Assembly (NCBI RefSeq): GCF_003334255.1
Contig: NZ_QOWU01000013.1
Origin: Escherichia coli
GTDB lineage: Bacteria; Pseudomonadota; Gammaproteobacteria; Enterobacterales; Enterobacteriaceae
Length of the DNA stretch: 64,000 bases
Strand: one strand, 5' to 3'
This document shows, in pieces, positions 11,060 to 22,442 of this stretch (its first letter is position 1; each line of letters begins with the position of its first letter). The position numbers were made by a program, and so were the translations under genes. The notes beneath the pieces are model-generated. The model did no database searches. It saw only the letters and a list, made by a program, of their open reading frames with translations, and was not told the origin of the DNA.

Positions 11060-11506
11060 TTACATACTGATTGGCAACGCCATGATGATGGCGTCTTCGC
11101 GACCGTCCGTGGTGGGGTAGTAATTGCGGCGAATCGTCGCCTCGTTAAAGCCTAAACTTTCGTACAGGGCAATGGCGGCAGCGTTTGAAGCACGGACTTC
11201 CAGCCATAGTGTCGCCACGCCGCGTTTTTCCAGTTCGTCGATCAGATGTTCCAGCAGCGCCCTTCCCAATCCCTGACGCTGATAGTCAGGATCGACCGCA
11301 ATATTGAACAATGTAGCTTCATCCAGCACCACTTGCGTAATCGCAAACGCCGCCATTTTGCCGTTTTGCGTTAACTGAAAGTTGAGATAACGCTCGCCCT
11401 GGTTGCTGGCAAACGTTTTTTCACTCCACGGAAAGGCGTGGGCGCGTTGTTCAATGTGGTAAGCCGCCGGTAAATCAGTCGTTTCGAGGGAAGAAATCGT
11501 GTTCAT
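11060..11506 (-). CDS. rimI: Ribosomal protein S18 alanine N-acetyltransferase
   Basis: 148 aa GNAT acetyltransferase with [10 protein letters not shown] acetyl-CoA motif; overlaps the holD 3' end. Confidence 0.9.
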
Positions 11507-11888
11507 ATGTGCAAATTTGTTGCCATAACGCGGCGCGTGCCGTTGGGTTTGCCCGTAAATCGGTGAGCGCCGGTGATGCCACCTGAGCGCCTTCCAGTGA
11601 TAGCGGTTCGTCAGTACCCAACCGCCAACTGTTGCAGTGACTGCCTTGCGGCAGCATCGCGATTTTTTCTGGCGTCAGTTGCAGCACCTGGTCGGGGCTG
11701 ACGGTTAATGCGCGCAGAACATCGCTCACTAAAGGATCAGTCAGGGCGGGAAGATCGTTTGCCACCATCACCAGACGGACGTGTGCCGGGATCGCAATGG
11801 CAATCTCCCCCTGCAACGCGCCAGGGCGACGCAGCGACCACTGGGTAATGCCCAGTTGCTGTAACTGCCAGTCTCGTCGGGATGTCAT
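11475..11888 (-). CDS. holD: DNA polymerase III psi subunit
   Basis: 137 aa (MTSRRDWQLQQLGITQWSLRRPGALQGEIAIAIP...); classic holD-rimI overlap. Confidence 0.9.
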   Translation of the reverse strand: MTSRRDWQLQQLGITQWSLRRPGALQGEIAIAIPAHVRLVMVANDLPALTDPLVSDVLRALTVSPDQVLQLTPEKIAMLPQGSHCNSWRLGTDEPLSLEGAQVASPALTDLRANPTARAALWQQICTYEHDFFPRND

Positions 11889-11990
11889 AGCGAATCGCTC
11901 CTGTTGTCAGGGGCGCAAATATAGCAAATTCGTCGATACCGCGCCAACATATGGCTATAATCGCCGCCAGTATCAATTGAGGAGCATTCC

Positions 11991-13022
11991 ATGTCTGCAT
12001 TTACCCCGGCAAGTGAAGTCTTGCTGCGTCACAGTGATGATTTCGAACAAAGCCGTATTCTGTTTGCCGGAGACTTACAGGATGACCTGCCCGCGCGTTT
12101 AGATACCGCGGCCAGCCGTGCTCATACCCAGCAATTCCACCACTGGCAGGTATTAAGCCGCCAGATGGGGGATAACGCCCGTTTCAGTCTGGTCGCCACG
12201 GCGGATGACGTCGCAGATTGCGATACGCTGATTTACTACTGGCCGAAGAACAAACCGGAAGCCCAGTTCCAGTTGATGAATTTACTTTCTCTGCTGCCAG
12301 TGGGGACAGATATTTTTGTCGTTGGCGAGAACCGCAGCGGCGTGCGCAGCGCCGAGCAGATGCTGGCAGATTATGCGCCGTTGAATAAAGTCGACAGCGC
12401 TCGTCGCTGTGGCCTCTATTTTGGTCGTCTGGAAAAACAGCCGGTATTTGATGCGGAGAAATTCTGGGGCGAATACAGCGTCGATGGCCTGACGGTCAAA
12501 ACGCTGCCTGGCGTGTTTAGCCGCGACGGTCTGGATGTCGGTAGCCAGTTGCTGCTCTCGACGTTAACTCCGCACACGAAAGGTAAAGTGCTGGATGTCG
12601 GCTGTGGCGCGGGCGTGCTTTCAGTTGCCTTTGCGCGCCATTCGCCGAAAATTCGTCTCACCTTGTGCGATGTCTCTGCCCCGGCGGTAGAAGCCAGCCG
12701 CGCAACACTTGCGGCCAACGGTGTTGAAGGTGAAGTCTTTGCCAGCAACGTCTTTTCCGAGGTGAAAGGTCGTTTTGATATGATCATCTCCAACCCGCCG
12801 TTCCACGATGGGATGCAAACCAGCCTGGATGCGGCGCAAACGCTGATTCGCGGTGCGGTGCGTCATCTTAATAGCGGCGGCGAGCTGCGAATTGTAGCGA
12901 ACGCCTTCCTGCCTTATCCGGACGTGCTGGATGAGACATTTGGCTTCCACGAAGTGATCGCGCAAACAGGGCGCTTCAAGGTGTATCGCGCCATTATGAC
13001 CCGCCAGGCGAAGAAAGGTTAA
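11991..13022 (+). CDS. rsmC: 16S rRNA m2G1207 methyltransferase
   Basis: 343 aa; SAM-binding [12 protein letters not shown] and catalytic IISNPPFH motifs. Confidence 0.9.
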   Translation: MSAFTPASEVLLRHSDDFEQSRILFAGDLQDDLPARLDTAASRAHTQQFHHWQVLSRQMGDNARFSLVATADDVADCDTLIYYWPKNKPEAQFQLMNLLSLLPVGTDIFVVGENRSGVRSAEQMLADYAPLNKVDSARRCGLYFGRLEKQPVFDAEKFWGEYSVDGLTVKTLPGVFSRDGLDVGSQLLLSTLTPHTKGKVLDVGCGAGVLSVAFARHSPKIRLTLCDVSAPAVEASRATLAANGVEGEVFASNVFSEVKGRFDMIISNPPFHDGMQTSLDAAQTLIRGAVRHLNSGGELRIVANAFLPYPDVLDETFGFHEVIAQTGRFKVYRAIMTRQAKKG

Positions 13023-13040
13023 TTATCTCGCCGAATACCG

Positions 13041-13133
<93 letters not shown>

Positions 13134-13220
13134 ATCTGCCCCCGCATGCATACCAAACCTGCACGCTAGTTTCCTGATGGACATTTTTCCAGCAATTACA
13201 CCTCTGTCGATAATTAACTA

Positions 13221-13248
13221 TTGACGAAAAGCTGAAAACCACTAGAAT
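13221..13248 (+). promoter_or_regulatory. Sigma-70 promoter for the leucine tRNA gene
   Basis: -35 TTGACG (13221-26), 16-bp spacer, -10 TAGAAT (13243-48), GC-rich GCGCC discriminator, AT-rich upstream; about 40 bp before the tRNA. Confidence 0.6.
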
Positions 13249-13289
13249 GCGCCTCCGTGGTAGCAATTCTTTTTAAGAATTGATGGTAT

Positions 13290-13376
13290 GCGAAGGTGGC
13301 GGAATTGGTAGACGCGCTAGCTTCAGGTGTTAGTGTCCTTACGGACGTGGGGGTTCAAGTCCCCCCCCTCGCACCA
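13290..13376 (+). tRNA. leuV: tRNA-Leu (anticodon CAG), single copy
   Basis: 87-nt sequence GCGAAGGTGGCGGAATTGGTAGACGCGCTAGCTTCAGGTG...CCTCGCACCA with CAG anticodon, long variable arm and encoded CCA. Confidence 0.95.
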
Positions 13377-13414
13377 ATTATCTTTACTTCCTTTCTTGTT
13401 TCTTCCTTGATTTT

Positions 13415-13651
13415 TCATCCCTGATTCAAATTCATTATCATCAGCATGATGCCAGCAATAAGTGCCAGGCACGATGGTAGCAAAATGTAATGCCGCAACT
13501 GTTTGTGATACAGCATCATCGGCGTCAATACTAATCCCATCAGAATGACAATCCGCCACTGATCTGACGATAAATCCGCATACATCAGCCCTGCAATCAG
13601 CAATCCCGGCAGCAACACTCCCCAGCCACTGCCCAGCGTACGTTGCAACAT
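13415..13651 (-). CDS. yjjZ: Small membrane protein
   Basis: 78 aa from the ATG at 13651 (MLQRTLGSGWGVLLPGLLIAGLMY...); ORF track gives a longer 115-aa frame; divergent from fhuF. Confidence 0.7.
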   Translation of the reverse strand: MLQRTLGSGWGVLLPGLLIAGLMYADLSSDQWRIVILMGLVLTPMMLYHKQLRHYILLPSCLALIAGIMLMIMNLNQG

Positions 13652-13668
13652 GATTTCATCTCTTTCAT

Positions 13669-13776
13669 TGATAATGATAACCAATATCATATGATAATTT
13701 TTATCATTTGCAAGCCAGATAAATCCCTTGCTATCGGGTAAACCTATCGCTAGGATTAGCAATCATTATCATTTAG
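13669..13776. promoter_or_regulatory. Fur boxes in the fhuF promoter region
   Basis: tgataatgataaccaatatcat, atgataatttttatcatt and gcaatcattatcatttag resemble the Fur consensus GATAATGATAATCATTATC; directly upstream of fhuF. Confidence 0.55.
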
Positions 13777-13791
13777 ATTACTATCCCGATT

Positions 13792-14580
13792 ATGGCCTAT
13801 CGTTCCGCACCGCTCTATGAAGATGTCATCTGGCGAACGCATCTCCAGCCGCAGGATCCCACGCTTGCGCAAGCCGTGCGGGCGACGATCGCAAAACATC
13901 GTGAACATTTGCTGGAGTTTATCCGCCTGGATGAACCTGCCCCACTTAACGCCATGACGCTGGCGCAATGGTCATCACCGAATGTGCTAAGTTCTCTGCT
14001 GGCGGTCTATTCCGATCATATCTATCGCAACCAACCGATGATGATCCGCGAGAACAAACCGCTGATCTCACTATGGGCACAATGGTATATCGGCCTGATG
14101 GTGCCACCATTAATGCTGGCGCTACTGACGCAGGAAAAGGCATTAGATGTGTCGCCGGAACATTTCCATGCTGAGTTTCACGAAACCGGACGCGTCGCCT
14201 GTTTCTGGGTCGATGTGTGTGAAGATAAAAACGCAACACCACATTCGCCGCAGCATCGAATGGAAACGTTAATCAGCCAGGCGCTGGTTCCGGTTGTGCA
14301 AGCACTAGAAGCGACCGGAGAGATCAACGGCAAACTTATCTGGAGTAATACCGGTTATTTGATCAACTGGTATCTCACTGAGATGAAGCAACTGCTCGGC
14401 GAGGCTACTGTTGAATCGCTGCGCCATGCCCTCTTTTTTGAGAAAACGCTCACGAACGGTGAAGATAATCCACTCTGGCGTACCGTGGTACTGCGCGACG
14501 GCCTGCTGGTGCGCCGCACTTGCTGCCAGCGTTATCGCTTACCGGATGTGCAGCAATGTGGCGATTGTACGCTGAAATGA
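13792..14580 (+). CDS. fhuF: Ferric-siderophore reductase (2Fe-2S)
   Basis: 262 aa; C-terminal cysteine cluster CCQRYRLPDVQQCGDC; preceded by Fur boxes. Confidence 0.9.
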   Translation: MAYRSAPLYEDVIWRTHLQPQDPTLAQAVRATIAKHREHLLEFIRLDEPAPLNAMTLAQWSSPNVLSSLLAVYSDHIYRNQPMMIRENKPLISLWAQWYIGLMVPPLMLALLTQEKALDVSPEHFHAEFHETGRVACFWVDVCEDKNATPHSPQHRMETLISQALVPVVQALEATGEINGKLIWSNTGYLINWYLTEMKQLLGEATVESLRHALFFEKTLTNGEDNPLWRTVVLRDGLLVRRTCCQRYRLPDVQQCGDCTLK

Positions 14581-14617
14581 AAGCACTGCCGGGGAAGTAA
14601 ACCCGGCATCATGCGGA

Positions 14618-15295
14618 TTAATAGGGATGCAACACATTACTTGTTTCGCAATGCCGCATACATAACAGAATATCTGCGGCCTCCAACAACCCTGCGTCAG
14701 AACTGACGCCCAGTTTCGACATCACATTAAATTTATGTGCACGGATCGTTTTGATATTGCGTTTAAGCTGCTCGGCAATTTGTGTCATTGAGTAGCCACG
14801 CGACATAAAGCGCAATATTTCTCTCTCCGTCGGGCTTAACGTCCGGCTTTGGTTAATGTACCACTGATTGTTCAGTCGGTCGGTCGCCTGACGTACACCA
14901 TTTAATGACAAAAAGAGTTCCTGATGAAAAATCTCCAGCGTTGACGCTTTACTTAATACACCGTCCAGCGGTGATGGCGACAATGAACCAATCAGCCGAG
15001 CTTCAATATCATCATCCGCAATAACTAAACGCCGGGTACGCGGAAACTTAATCGCCAGTTCAGTCAGGCAAGATAATCCCTCTCTGCGCTCACTTCTCAT
15101 GGCAGAAAAAGAAAAAATGACCGCCGCAAACGAGATCCGCGACATGGCATCCTGAAATGACTCCTGACTGGTATAGGTATGGAGCTTATAAGGGTTACCC
15201 GCAAACTTTCTGAATAAACTCTCAATACCGATACTACTCATGACGCATTTTTCTATGAGTGCGACATTTCTCTTCTTAATTCGGCTGTGTTCCAT
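14618..15295 (-). CDS. bglJ: LuxR-family transcriptional activator
   Basis: 225 aa with C-terminal LuxR-type HTH ([20 protein letters not shown]); overlaps the yjjQ 3' end. Confidence 0.9.
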
Positions 15296-15978
15296 TCTGC
15301 GGCATCTCCATAAACAGAAGGCAAGTTAAGTTCTCTTGCACCCTGCGCGCTATTTATCCATGCATACATTTCAGCGTTGCTGTGAATTGCCAGTCGACGC
15401 ATCGCACTGTTTTTTTGGGCGCTGATAGTTTTATTACTTTTCTTAAGCAATGAAGCTATCTGGTTGATGCCCCATCCTTTACCTAATAGCCGCAGTACCT
15501 TGCGCTCTGAAAGAGTGAGAATGACGGAGCGATAGCTAAAATCATGAGTTTCAGTCATTGCCGGGGAGGTCAGCATGGCGCTGATACGCTCTGCGTGCGT
15601 ATTGCCGGAACGTACGGTCTTGACCAGATTCTCAATGGGTTCAACATCAGACAATAACGTCGCCGTAGGGCACATGAGCAGTTCTACTGCCTGGGAATAC
15701 CAGGAGCGTGACACCATGAAAACCCAGTGAATTTCCCGATATTGTGAGATTAAAGAATAATAATGTTCACAAACAGAACGTGGATCTTCACTTTCACCGG
15801 CTAAATCAGCAATGACTAATCCGGAACGACGTAATTGTAATAAGGTAAGGTCCTCCGCAGAGGCGCTGGATATTATTTCATATTCAGGGAAGTGAGTCCT
15901 CATGACCTCTTTTAACCCTGCTTGCATAACAGGTATTTTACTGATAACAATTCCATTTTTGCAGCATCCTGGCAACAT
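15253..15978 (-). CDS. yjjQ: LuxR-family transcriptional regulator
   Basis: 241 aa with C-terminal LuxR HTH ([20 protein letters not shown]); first gene of the yjjQ-bglJ operon. Confidence 0.9.
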
Positions 15979-16596
15979 ATTTCCTCCACATCCACTGTCT
16001 AAAAATTATGATGGTTTATTCAGGATATTCATTCCTTAAATGTTTCCAGCAAATTAATAGATTAAGCGAATAAATTATCCTTAGCATTCACTTTCATATC
16101 AGCATACTCCTGCTGCACAACAACTCCACTGCATGTGTCAGAAGGTTAGCATCAAATGATAACCTGGTGAAATAGCCTGGAGACATTTAAAATATCTACA
16201 TTAAGTTGTTAGGAATACTTAATGAAAAACAGAAATCACATTCATTTAATTTATAATTAAATGATATCCCTTCCCGCAGAATGCAAAATCACACAACCAA
16301 TATTTATTCAATGAAATCTGATGGTTTTAGCTTGTTAACATTAAAAAACGTGCCCGGTTATCTATTATCCTGATTCGTAAAGGCCAAACAATAAATTCAT
16401 TATGATGATAATATTCATGTGATAGTTTGTTTGCGGCGAGAGATAATTCGCTTTTTATCACCGAGCTTCTCCCGATAACCAGGATTAATCAGCGCAATTT
16501 TGATCTTAACCTACCGCAAAACAACCGTGCTTCATGATACAAATGGATTCTCATTATCTGAACAATACGCAGCACGTCTATGACAAAGGGCGAGTT
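15979..16596. promoter_or_regulatory. AT-rich divergent control region (yjjQ-bglJ / yjjP), probable H-NS-silenced
   Basis: About 600 bp, strongly AT-rich with long A/T tracts; yjjQ-bglJ is known to be H-NS-repressed and LeuO-activated. Confidence 0.5.
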
Positions 16597-17367
16597 ATGC
16601 AAACTGAGCAACAGCGAGCCGTAACACGGCTTTGTATCCAGTGTGGATTATTTCTTTTGCAACATGGTGCGGAAAGCGCGTTGGTTGATGAGCTTTCCTC
16701 ACGACTGGGTCGGGCACTGGGAATGGACAGCGTCGAAAGTTCTATCTCTTCGAACGCCATAGTGCTGACAACTATTAAAGATGGGCAATGCCTGACATCG
16801 ACACGTAAAAATCACGATCGCGGCATTAATATGCATGTGGTGACTGAAGTCCAGCACATTGTGATTCTTGCGGAGCATCATCTGCTGGATTACAAAGGCG
16901 TAGAGAAACGATTTAGCCAAATTCAGCCATTACGTTACCCAAGATGGCTGGTAGCCTTAATGGTTGGCCTTTCTTGCGCCTGTTTCTGTAAACTCAATAA
17001 CGGTGGCTGGGATGGTGCCGTCATCACCTTCTTTGCCAGTACGACCGCGATGTATATCCGCCAGCTGCTGGCACAACGTCATCTTCATCCACAGATCAAC
17101 TTTTGCCTTACCGCTTTCGCCGCCACCACCATTTCCGGATTGCTTTTGCAACTCCCCACTTTCAGCAATACCCCCACCATTGCGATGGCCGCCAGCGTTC
17201 TGCTGCTAGTGCCGGGCTTTCCGTTGATTAATGCCGTCGCCGATATGTTTAAAGGCCACATCAATACCGGACTGGCACGCTGGGCGATCGCCAGTCTGCT
17301 GACACTGGCTACCTGCGTCGGCGTAGTGATGGCACTGACGATTTGGGGGCTACGCGGATGGGTGTGA
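16597..17367 (+). CDS. yjjP: Inner membrane protein, ThrE-type exporter family
   Basis: ORF track 16534..17367; start set to the ATG at 16597 ([21 protein letters not shown], 256 aa). Confidence 0.85.
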
Positions 17368-17831
17368 TCGAATTTCTGTTAGCGTTGGCGCAGGATATGA
17401 TCCTCGCCGCCATTCCTGCGGTCGGCTTTGCGATGGTGTTCAACGTTCCCGTGCGGGCGTTACGCTGGTGTGCGCTGCTTGGCTCGATAGGTCATGGTTC
17501 CCGAATGATCTTGATGACCAGCGGGTTGAATATTGAGTGGTCAACCTTTATGGCTTCTATGCTGGTCGGTACCATTGGTATTCAATGGTCGCGCTGGTAT
17601 CTGGCGCATCCGAAAGTGTTTACCGTGGCGGCCGTTATCCCTATGTTCCCGGGCATATCGGCTTATACCGCAATGATTTCGGCGGTAAAAATCAGCCAGT
17701 TAGGTTACAGCGAACCGTTGATGATTACCCTGTTAACCAACTTTCTTACAGCTTCATCGATTGTTGGTGCGTTATCCATCGGTCTTTCCATTCCTGGATT
17801 ATGGTTGTACCGCAAGCGCCCTCGCGTATAA
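17358..17831 (+). CDS. yjjB: Inner membrane protein (partner of YjjP)
   Basis: 157 aa from the ATG at 17358 ([28 protein letters not shown]); overlaps the yjjP 3' end. Confidence 0.85.
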
Positions 17832-17937
17832 AATTGCCTCGCTTAAGCACACGGATGAGAGACAGCCTCCTCTCCTCCGTGTGTTACTATAAAAGTTATC
17901 TCCCTTCTCGTTCATCGTTCCATATTTGAGAAACAGT

Positions 17938-18477
17938 ATGTCTTCCAGAGTTTTGACCCCGGACGTCGTTGGTATTGACGCCCTGGTACACGATCACCAA
18001 ACCGTTCTGGCAAAAGCTGAAGGCGGTGTGGTTGCCGTATTTGCTAACAATGCCCCGGCGTTTTATGCCGTCACGCCTGCACGCCTGGCTGAACTGCTGG
18101 CGCTGGAAGAAAAGCTGGCGCGTCCGGGAAGCGATGTCGCTCTGGACGATCAACTCTATCAGGAACCGCAAGCCGCTCCCGTTGCTGTACCCATGGGGAA
18201 ATTCGCCATGTATCCGGACTGGCAACCCGATGCCGATTTTATCCGCCTGGCGGCGCTATGGGGCGTGGCGCTAAGAGAGCCGGTGACCACCGAAGAACTG
18301 GCCTCATTCATTGCCTACTGGCAGGCGGAAGGTAAAGTCTTTCACCATGTGCAGTGGCAACAAAAACTGGCGCGCAGCCTGCAAATCGGTCGTGCCAGCA
18401 ACGGCGGACTGCCGAAACGAGATGTGAATACGGTCAGCGAACCTGACAGCCAAATTCCACCAGGATTCAGAGGGTAA
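17938..18477 (+). CDS. dnaT: Primosomal protein DnaT
   Basis: 179 aa from the ATG at 17938 ([30 protein letters not shown]). Confidence 0.9.
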
Positions 18478-18479
18478 CG

Positions 18480-19217
18480 ATGAAAAACGTTGGCGACCTG
18501 ATGCAACGCCTGCAAAAAATGATGCCTGCCCATATCAAACCCGCATTCAAAACGGGTGAAGAACTACTGGCCTGGCAAAAAGAACAAGGAGCGATCCGCT
18601 CCGCCGCTCTCGAACGTGAAAATCGGGCGATGAAAATGCAGCGCACCTTTAACCGCTCCGGTATTCGTCCACTGCATCAGAACTGTTCCTTTGAGAACTA
18701 TCGCGTTGAGTGTGAAGGGCAGATGAATGCGTTAAGCAAAGCGCGCCAGTATGTCGAAGAGTTTGACGGCAACATCGCCAGCTTCATCTTTTCTGGTAAG
18801 CCAGGAACCGGCAAAAACCATCTGGCGGCGGCAATCTGCAACGAGCTGCTGCTACGCGGTAAATCCGTATTGATCATCACCGTGGCCGATATTATGTCGG
18901 CGATGAAAGATACCTTCAGGAATAGCGGTACCAGCGAAGAACAACTGCTTAACGATCTGAGCAACGTTGATCTGCTGGTGATCGATGAGATCGGCGTGCA
19001 GACCGAATCGAAATACGAAAAAGTGATCATCAACCAGATCGTCGATCGCCGCTCTTCTTCCAAACGCCCAACCGGGATGCTGACCAACAGTAATATGGAA
19101 GAGATGACCAAGTTGCTGGGCGAACGCGTGATGGACCGTATGCGCCTGGGTAACAGTTTGTGGGTGATCTTCAACTGGGATAGCTACCGTAGCCGGGTAA
19201 CAGGTAAAGAGTATTAA
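18480..19217 (+). CDS. dnaC: Helicase loader DnaC (AAA+ ATPase)
   Basis: 245 aa; Walker A GKPGTGKNHLAAAI; starts 3 nt after the dnaT stop. Confidence 0.95.
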   Translation: MKNVGDLMQRLQKMMPAHIKPAFKTGEELLAWQKEQGAIRSAALERENRAMKMQRTFNRSGIRPLHQNCSFENYRVECEGQMNALSKARQYVEEFDGNIASFIFSGKPGTGKNHLAAAICNELLLRGKSVLIITVADIMSAMKDTFRNSGTSEEQLLNDLSNVDLLVIDEIGVQTESKYEKVIINQIVDRRSSSKRPTGMLTNSNMEEMTKLLGERVMDRMRLGNSLWVIFNWDSYRSRVTGKEY

Positions 19218-19262
19218 TCCCCGTTTCTGGCGGTATACTGCGACACAATTCCACCTTGAGTA

Positions 19263-19760
19263 ATGATGATGAAAACTGTTAAACATCTTCTGTGCTGTGC
19301 CATTGCCGCCAGCGCATTAATTTCCACCGGGGTGCATGCTGCGTCCTGGAAAGATGCGCTCTCCAGCGCCGCCAGCGAACTTGGCAACCAAAACAGCACG
19401 ACACAGGAAGGCGGTTGGTCGCTCGCGTCATTAACTAACTTGCTTAGCAGCGGAAACCAGGCCTTAAGCGCAGATAACATGAACAATGCCGCAGGCATTC
19501 TGCAATACTGCGCGAAGCAAAAGCTGGCGTCGGTAACCGATGCCGAAAACATCAAGAACCAGGTGCTGGAAAAGCTGGGCCTGAACAGTGAAGAGCAAAA
19601 AGAAGACACCAACTATCTGGACGGCATTCAGGGTTTGCTGAAAACCAAAGATGGTCAGCAACTCAATCTGGATAACATCGGAACAACTCCGCTGGCAGAA
19701 AAGGTGAAAACCAAAGCCTGCGATCTGGTGTTAAAACAGGGGCTGAACTTCATTTCCTGA
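19263..19760 (+). CDS. yjjA: Periplasmic DUF2501-type protein
   Basis: About 164 aa with signal peptide (MMKTVKHLLCCAIAASALISTGVHA); start could be 19263 or 19266. Confidence 0.8.
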   Translation: MMMKTVKHLLCCAIAASALISTGVHAASWKDALSSAASELGNQNSTTQEGGWSLASLTNLLSSGNQALSADNMNNAAGILQYCAKQKLASVTDAENIKNQVLEKLGLNSEEQKEDTNYLDGIQGLLKTKDGQQLNLDNIGTTPLAEKVKTKACDLVLKQGLNFIS

Positions 19761-20013
19761 ACCGCGAAACGCCGCGTTTTAGCTGTTACCCGGCTGACGC
19801 GGCTCTCTCCTGCCCTTTTCCCTGCTCCTGGACGGTTTTACCCCTGTTACACGGGAAGTGACCGTAATCAAAAAAGTCTGTTTATAAACTAATTCCTAAC
19901 AACATCGCATTTTTTTGACACTAGAATTGCAGCAATATGGCGACGCCATTACATTGTGCTTCTCAAAAAGCTTAAACGTTGGCTAAACGGCCCGGTTTAG
20001 TGAGGATCGCCCG

Positions 20014-22305
20014 TTGTCAGAACTACTCTCTTTCGCCCTTTTTCTCGCCTCTGTGCTGATTTACGCATGGAAAGCGGGACGTAACACCTGGTGGTTTGCA
20101 GCCACGTTAACGGTGCTGGGGCTATTTGTCGTTTTAAATATCACCCTGTTTGCCAGCGACTATTTTACTGGCGATGGTATTAACGACGCGGTTCTCTATA
20201 CCTTAACCAACAGCCTGACCGGTGCTGGCGTCAGCAAATACATTTTGCCGGGTATCGGCATTGTGCTGGGGCTGACAGCGGTGTTCGGTGCGCTGGGCTG
20301 GATCCTGCGCCGTCGTCGCCATCATCCGCACCATTTTGGTTACAGCCTGCTGGCGCTCTTACTGGCGCTGGGTTCGGTGGACGCCAGCCCGGCATTTCGT
20401 CAGATAACGGAACTGGTGAAATCCCAGTCACGCGACGGCGACCCGGACTTTGCGGCTTATTATAAAGAGCCGTCGAAAACTATCCCTGACCCGAAACTCA
20501 ACCTGGTTTATATCTACGGCGAAAGTCTCGAGCGGACCTATTTTGATAACGAGGCTTTCCCGGATCTCACGCCTGAACTGGGCGCGTTGAAAAATGAAGG
20601 CCTGGATTTCAGCCACACGCAGCAGCTGCCGGGAACAGATTACACGATTGCGGGCATGGTGGCTTCTCAGTGCGGCATACCGCTGTTTGCCCCCTTTGAA
20701 GGCAACGCCTCCGCCTCTGTCTCCAGCTTCTTCCCGCAGAACATCTGTCTGGGAGATATCCTGAAAAACTCGGGTTATCAGAACTATTTCGTGCAGGGCG
20801 CGAATCTGCGTTTTGCCGGTAAAGATGTGTTCCTGAAGTCGCATGGCTTCGACCACTTATACGGCTCAGAAGAGCTGAAAAGCGTGGTAGCCGACCCGCA
20901 CTATCGCAACGACTGGGGATTCTACGACGATACCGTTCTCGATGAAGCGTGGAAAAAGTTTGAAGAGCTTTCCCGCTCAGGTCAGCGATTCTCACTGTTT
21001 ACCCTGACAGTCGATACCCATCACCCGGATGGTTTTATCTCTCGTACCTGTAACCGCAAAAAATATGATTTTGACGGTAAACCGAATCAGTCATTCAGCG
21101 CGGTAAGTTGCAGCCAGGAGAACATCGCGACGTTTATCAACAAAATCAAAGCGTCACCGTGGTTTAAAGATACCGTCATCGTCGTCTCTTCTGACCATTT
21201 AGCGATGAACAACACGGCGTGGAAATACCTCAATAAGCAGGATCGCAATAACCTGTTTTTTGTCATTCGTGGCGACAAGCCGCAGCAAGAGACGCTGGCA
21301 GTGAAGCGTAACACGATGGATAACGGCGCGACGGTGCTGGACATTCTCGGTGGCGATAACTATCTCGGACTTGGTCGTAGCAGTTTATCCGGGCAGTCGA
21401 TGTCGGAAATCTTCCTCAATATCAAAGAGAAAACATTGGCGTGGAAGCCAGATATCATCCGCCTGTGGAAATTCCCTAAAGAGATGAAAGAGTTCACCAT
21501 CGACCAGCAGAAAAACATGATTGCCTTCTCGGGTAGCCATTTCCGTTTGCCGCTGCTGTTGCGGGTTTCAGACAAACGCGTGGAACCGCTGCCGGAAAGC
21601 GAATACTCAGCACCGCTGCGTTTCCAGCTGGCCGATTTCGCTCCACGCGACAATTTCGTCTGGGTTGACCGTTGCTACAAGATGGCACAACTCTGGGCTC
21701 CGGAACTGGCACTTTCCACCGACTGGTGTGTCTCGCAAGGGCAGCTTGGCGGTCAGCAAATTGTTCAGCATGTTGACAAAACAACATGGCAGGGCAAAAC
21801 GGCATTTAAAGATACGGTCATCGACATGGCGCGTTACAAAGGCAATGTCGATACGCTGAAGATTGTTGATAACGATATTCGCTACAAAGCCGACAGTTTC
21901 ATCTTTAACGTCGCCGGTGCGCCAGAAGAGGTGAAACAGTTTAGCGGGATTTCCCGTCCGGAGTCGTGGGGCCGCTGGTCCAACGCGCAGCTGGGCGATG
22001 AAGTAAAAATCGAGTACAAGCATCCGCTGCCGAAGAAATTTGACCTGGTGATTACCGCCAAAGCATACGGCAATAACGCCAGCCGTCCTATTCCGGTACG
22101 CGTAGGCAATGAAGAACAAACTCTTGTGCTGGGCAATGAAGTGACCACCACCACACTGCATTTCGATAACCCAACCGATGCCGACACACTGGTAATTGTG
22201 CCGCCGGAACCTGTCTCAACCAACGAAGGGAATATCCTCGGACACTCGCCGCGTAAGCTCGGGATCGGCATGGTGGAAATTAAAGTGGTAGAACGTGAAG
22301 GGTAA
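20014..22305 (+). CDS. opgB: Phosphoglycerol transferase I (OPG biosynthesis)
   Basis: 763 aa; TTG start codon at 20014 preceded by a GAGGA ribosome-binding site; N-terminal membrane segments plus sulfatase-like domain. Confidence 0.9.
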   Translation: MSELLSFALFLASVLIYAWKAGRNTWWFAATLTVLGLFVVLNITLFASDYFTGDGINDAVLYTLTNSLTGAGVSKYILPGIGIVLGLTAVFGALGWILRRRRHHPHHFGYSLLALLLALGSVDASPAFRQITELVKSQSRDGDPDFAAYYKEPSKTIPDPKLNLVYIYGESLERTYFDNEAFPDLTPELGALKNEGLDFSHTQQLPGTDYTIAGMVASQCGIPLFAPFEGNASASVSSFFPQNICLGDILKNSGYQNYFVQGANLRFAGKDVFLKSHGFDHLYGSEELKSVVADPHYRNDWGFYDDTVLDEAWKKFEELSRSGQRFSLFTLTVDTHHPDGFISRTCNRKKYDFDGKPNQSFSAVSCSQENIATFINKIKASPWFKDTVIVVSSDHLAMNNTAWKYLNKQDRNNLFFVIRGDKPQQETLAVKRNTMDNGATVLDILGGDNYLGLGRSSLSGQSMSEIFLNIKEKTLAWKPDIIRLWKFPKEMKEFTIDQQKNMIAFSGSHFRLPLLLRVSDKRVEPLPESEYSAPLRFQLADFAPRDNFVWVDRCYKMAQLWAPELALSTDWCVSQGQLGGQQIVQHVDKTTWQGKTAFKDTVIDMARYKGNVDTLKIVDNDIRYKADSFIFNVAGAPEEVKQFSGISRPESWGRWSNAQLGDEVKIEYKHPLPKKFDLVITAKAYGNNASRPIPVRVGNEEQTLVLGNEVTTTTLHFDNPTDADTLVIVPPEPVSTNEGNILGHSPRKLGIGMVEIKVVEREG

Positions 22306-22380
22306 TTCCTGACTGATGTGTAGGTCGCATAGGGTGCGACCTACACGCCTTCTACGGCTTACAACACATTATTAAGAAAC

Positions 22381-22416
22381 AAAAAAAACAGCGCCCAACA
22401 CTTCCCCGGACGCTGC
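22381..22416 (-). terminator. Rho-independent terminator downstream of lgoD
   Basis: Minus-strand transcript reads CAGCGUCC-loop-GGGCGCUG followed by UUUUUUUU (plus-strand A8 run at 22381-22388). Confidence 0.6.
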
Positions 22417-22442
22417 ATGGCAACTTTAATAATCTCGCCTTA

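Noticed and set aside
22318-22346. Possible terminator or REP element after opgB (tgtaggtcgca-taggg-tgcgacctaca)
   Set aside because: It is a strong 11-bp hairpin but is not followed by a T-tract and does not match the REP consensus; its role is unclear, so it was not listed as a feature.
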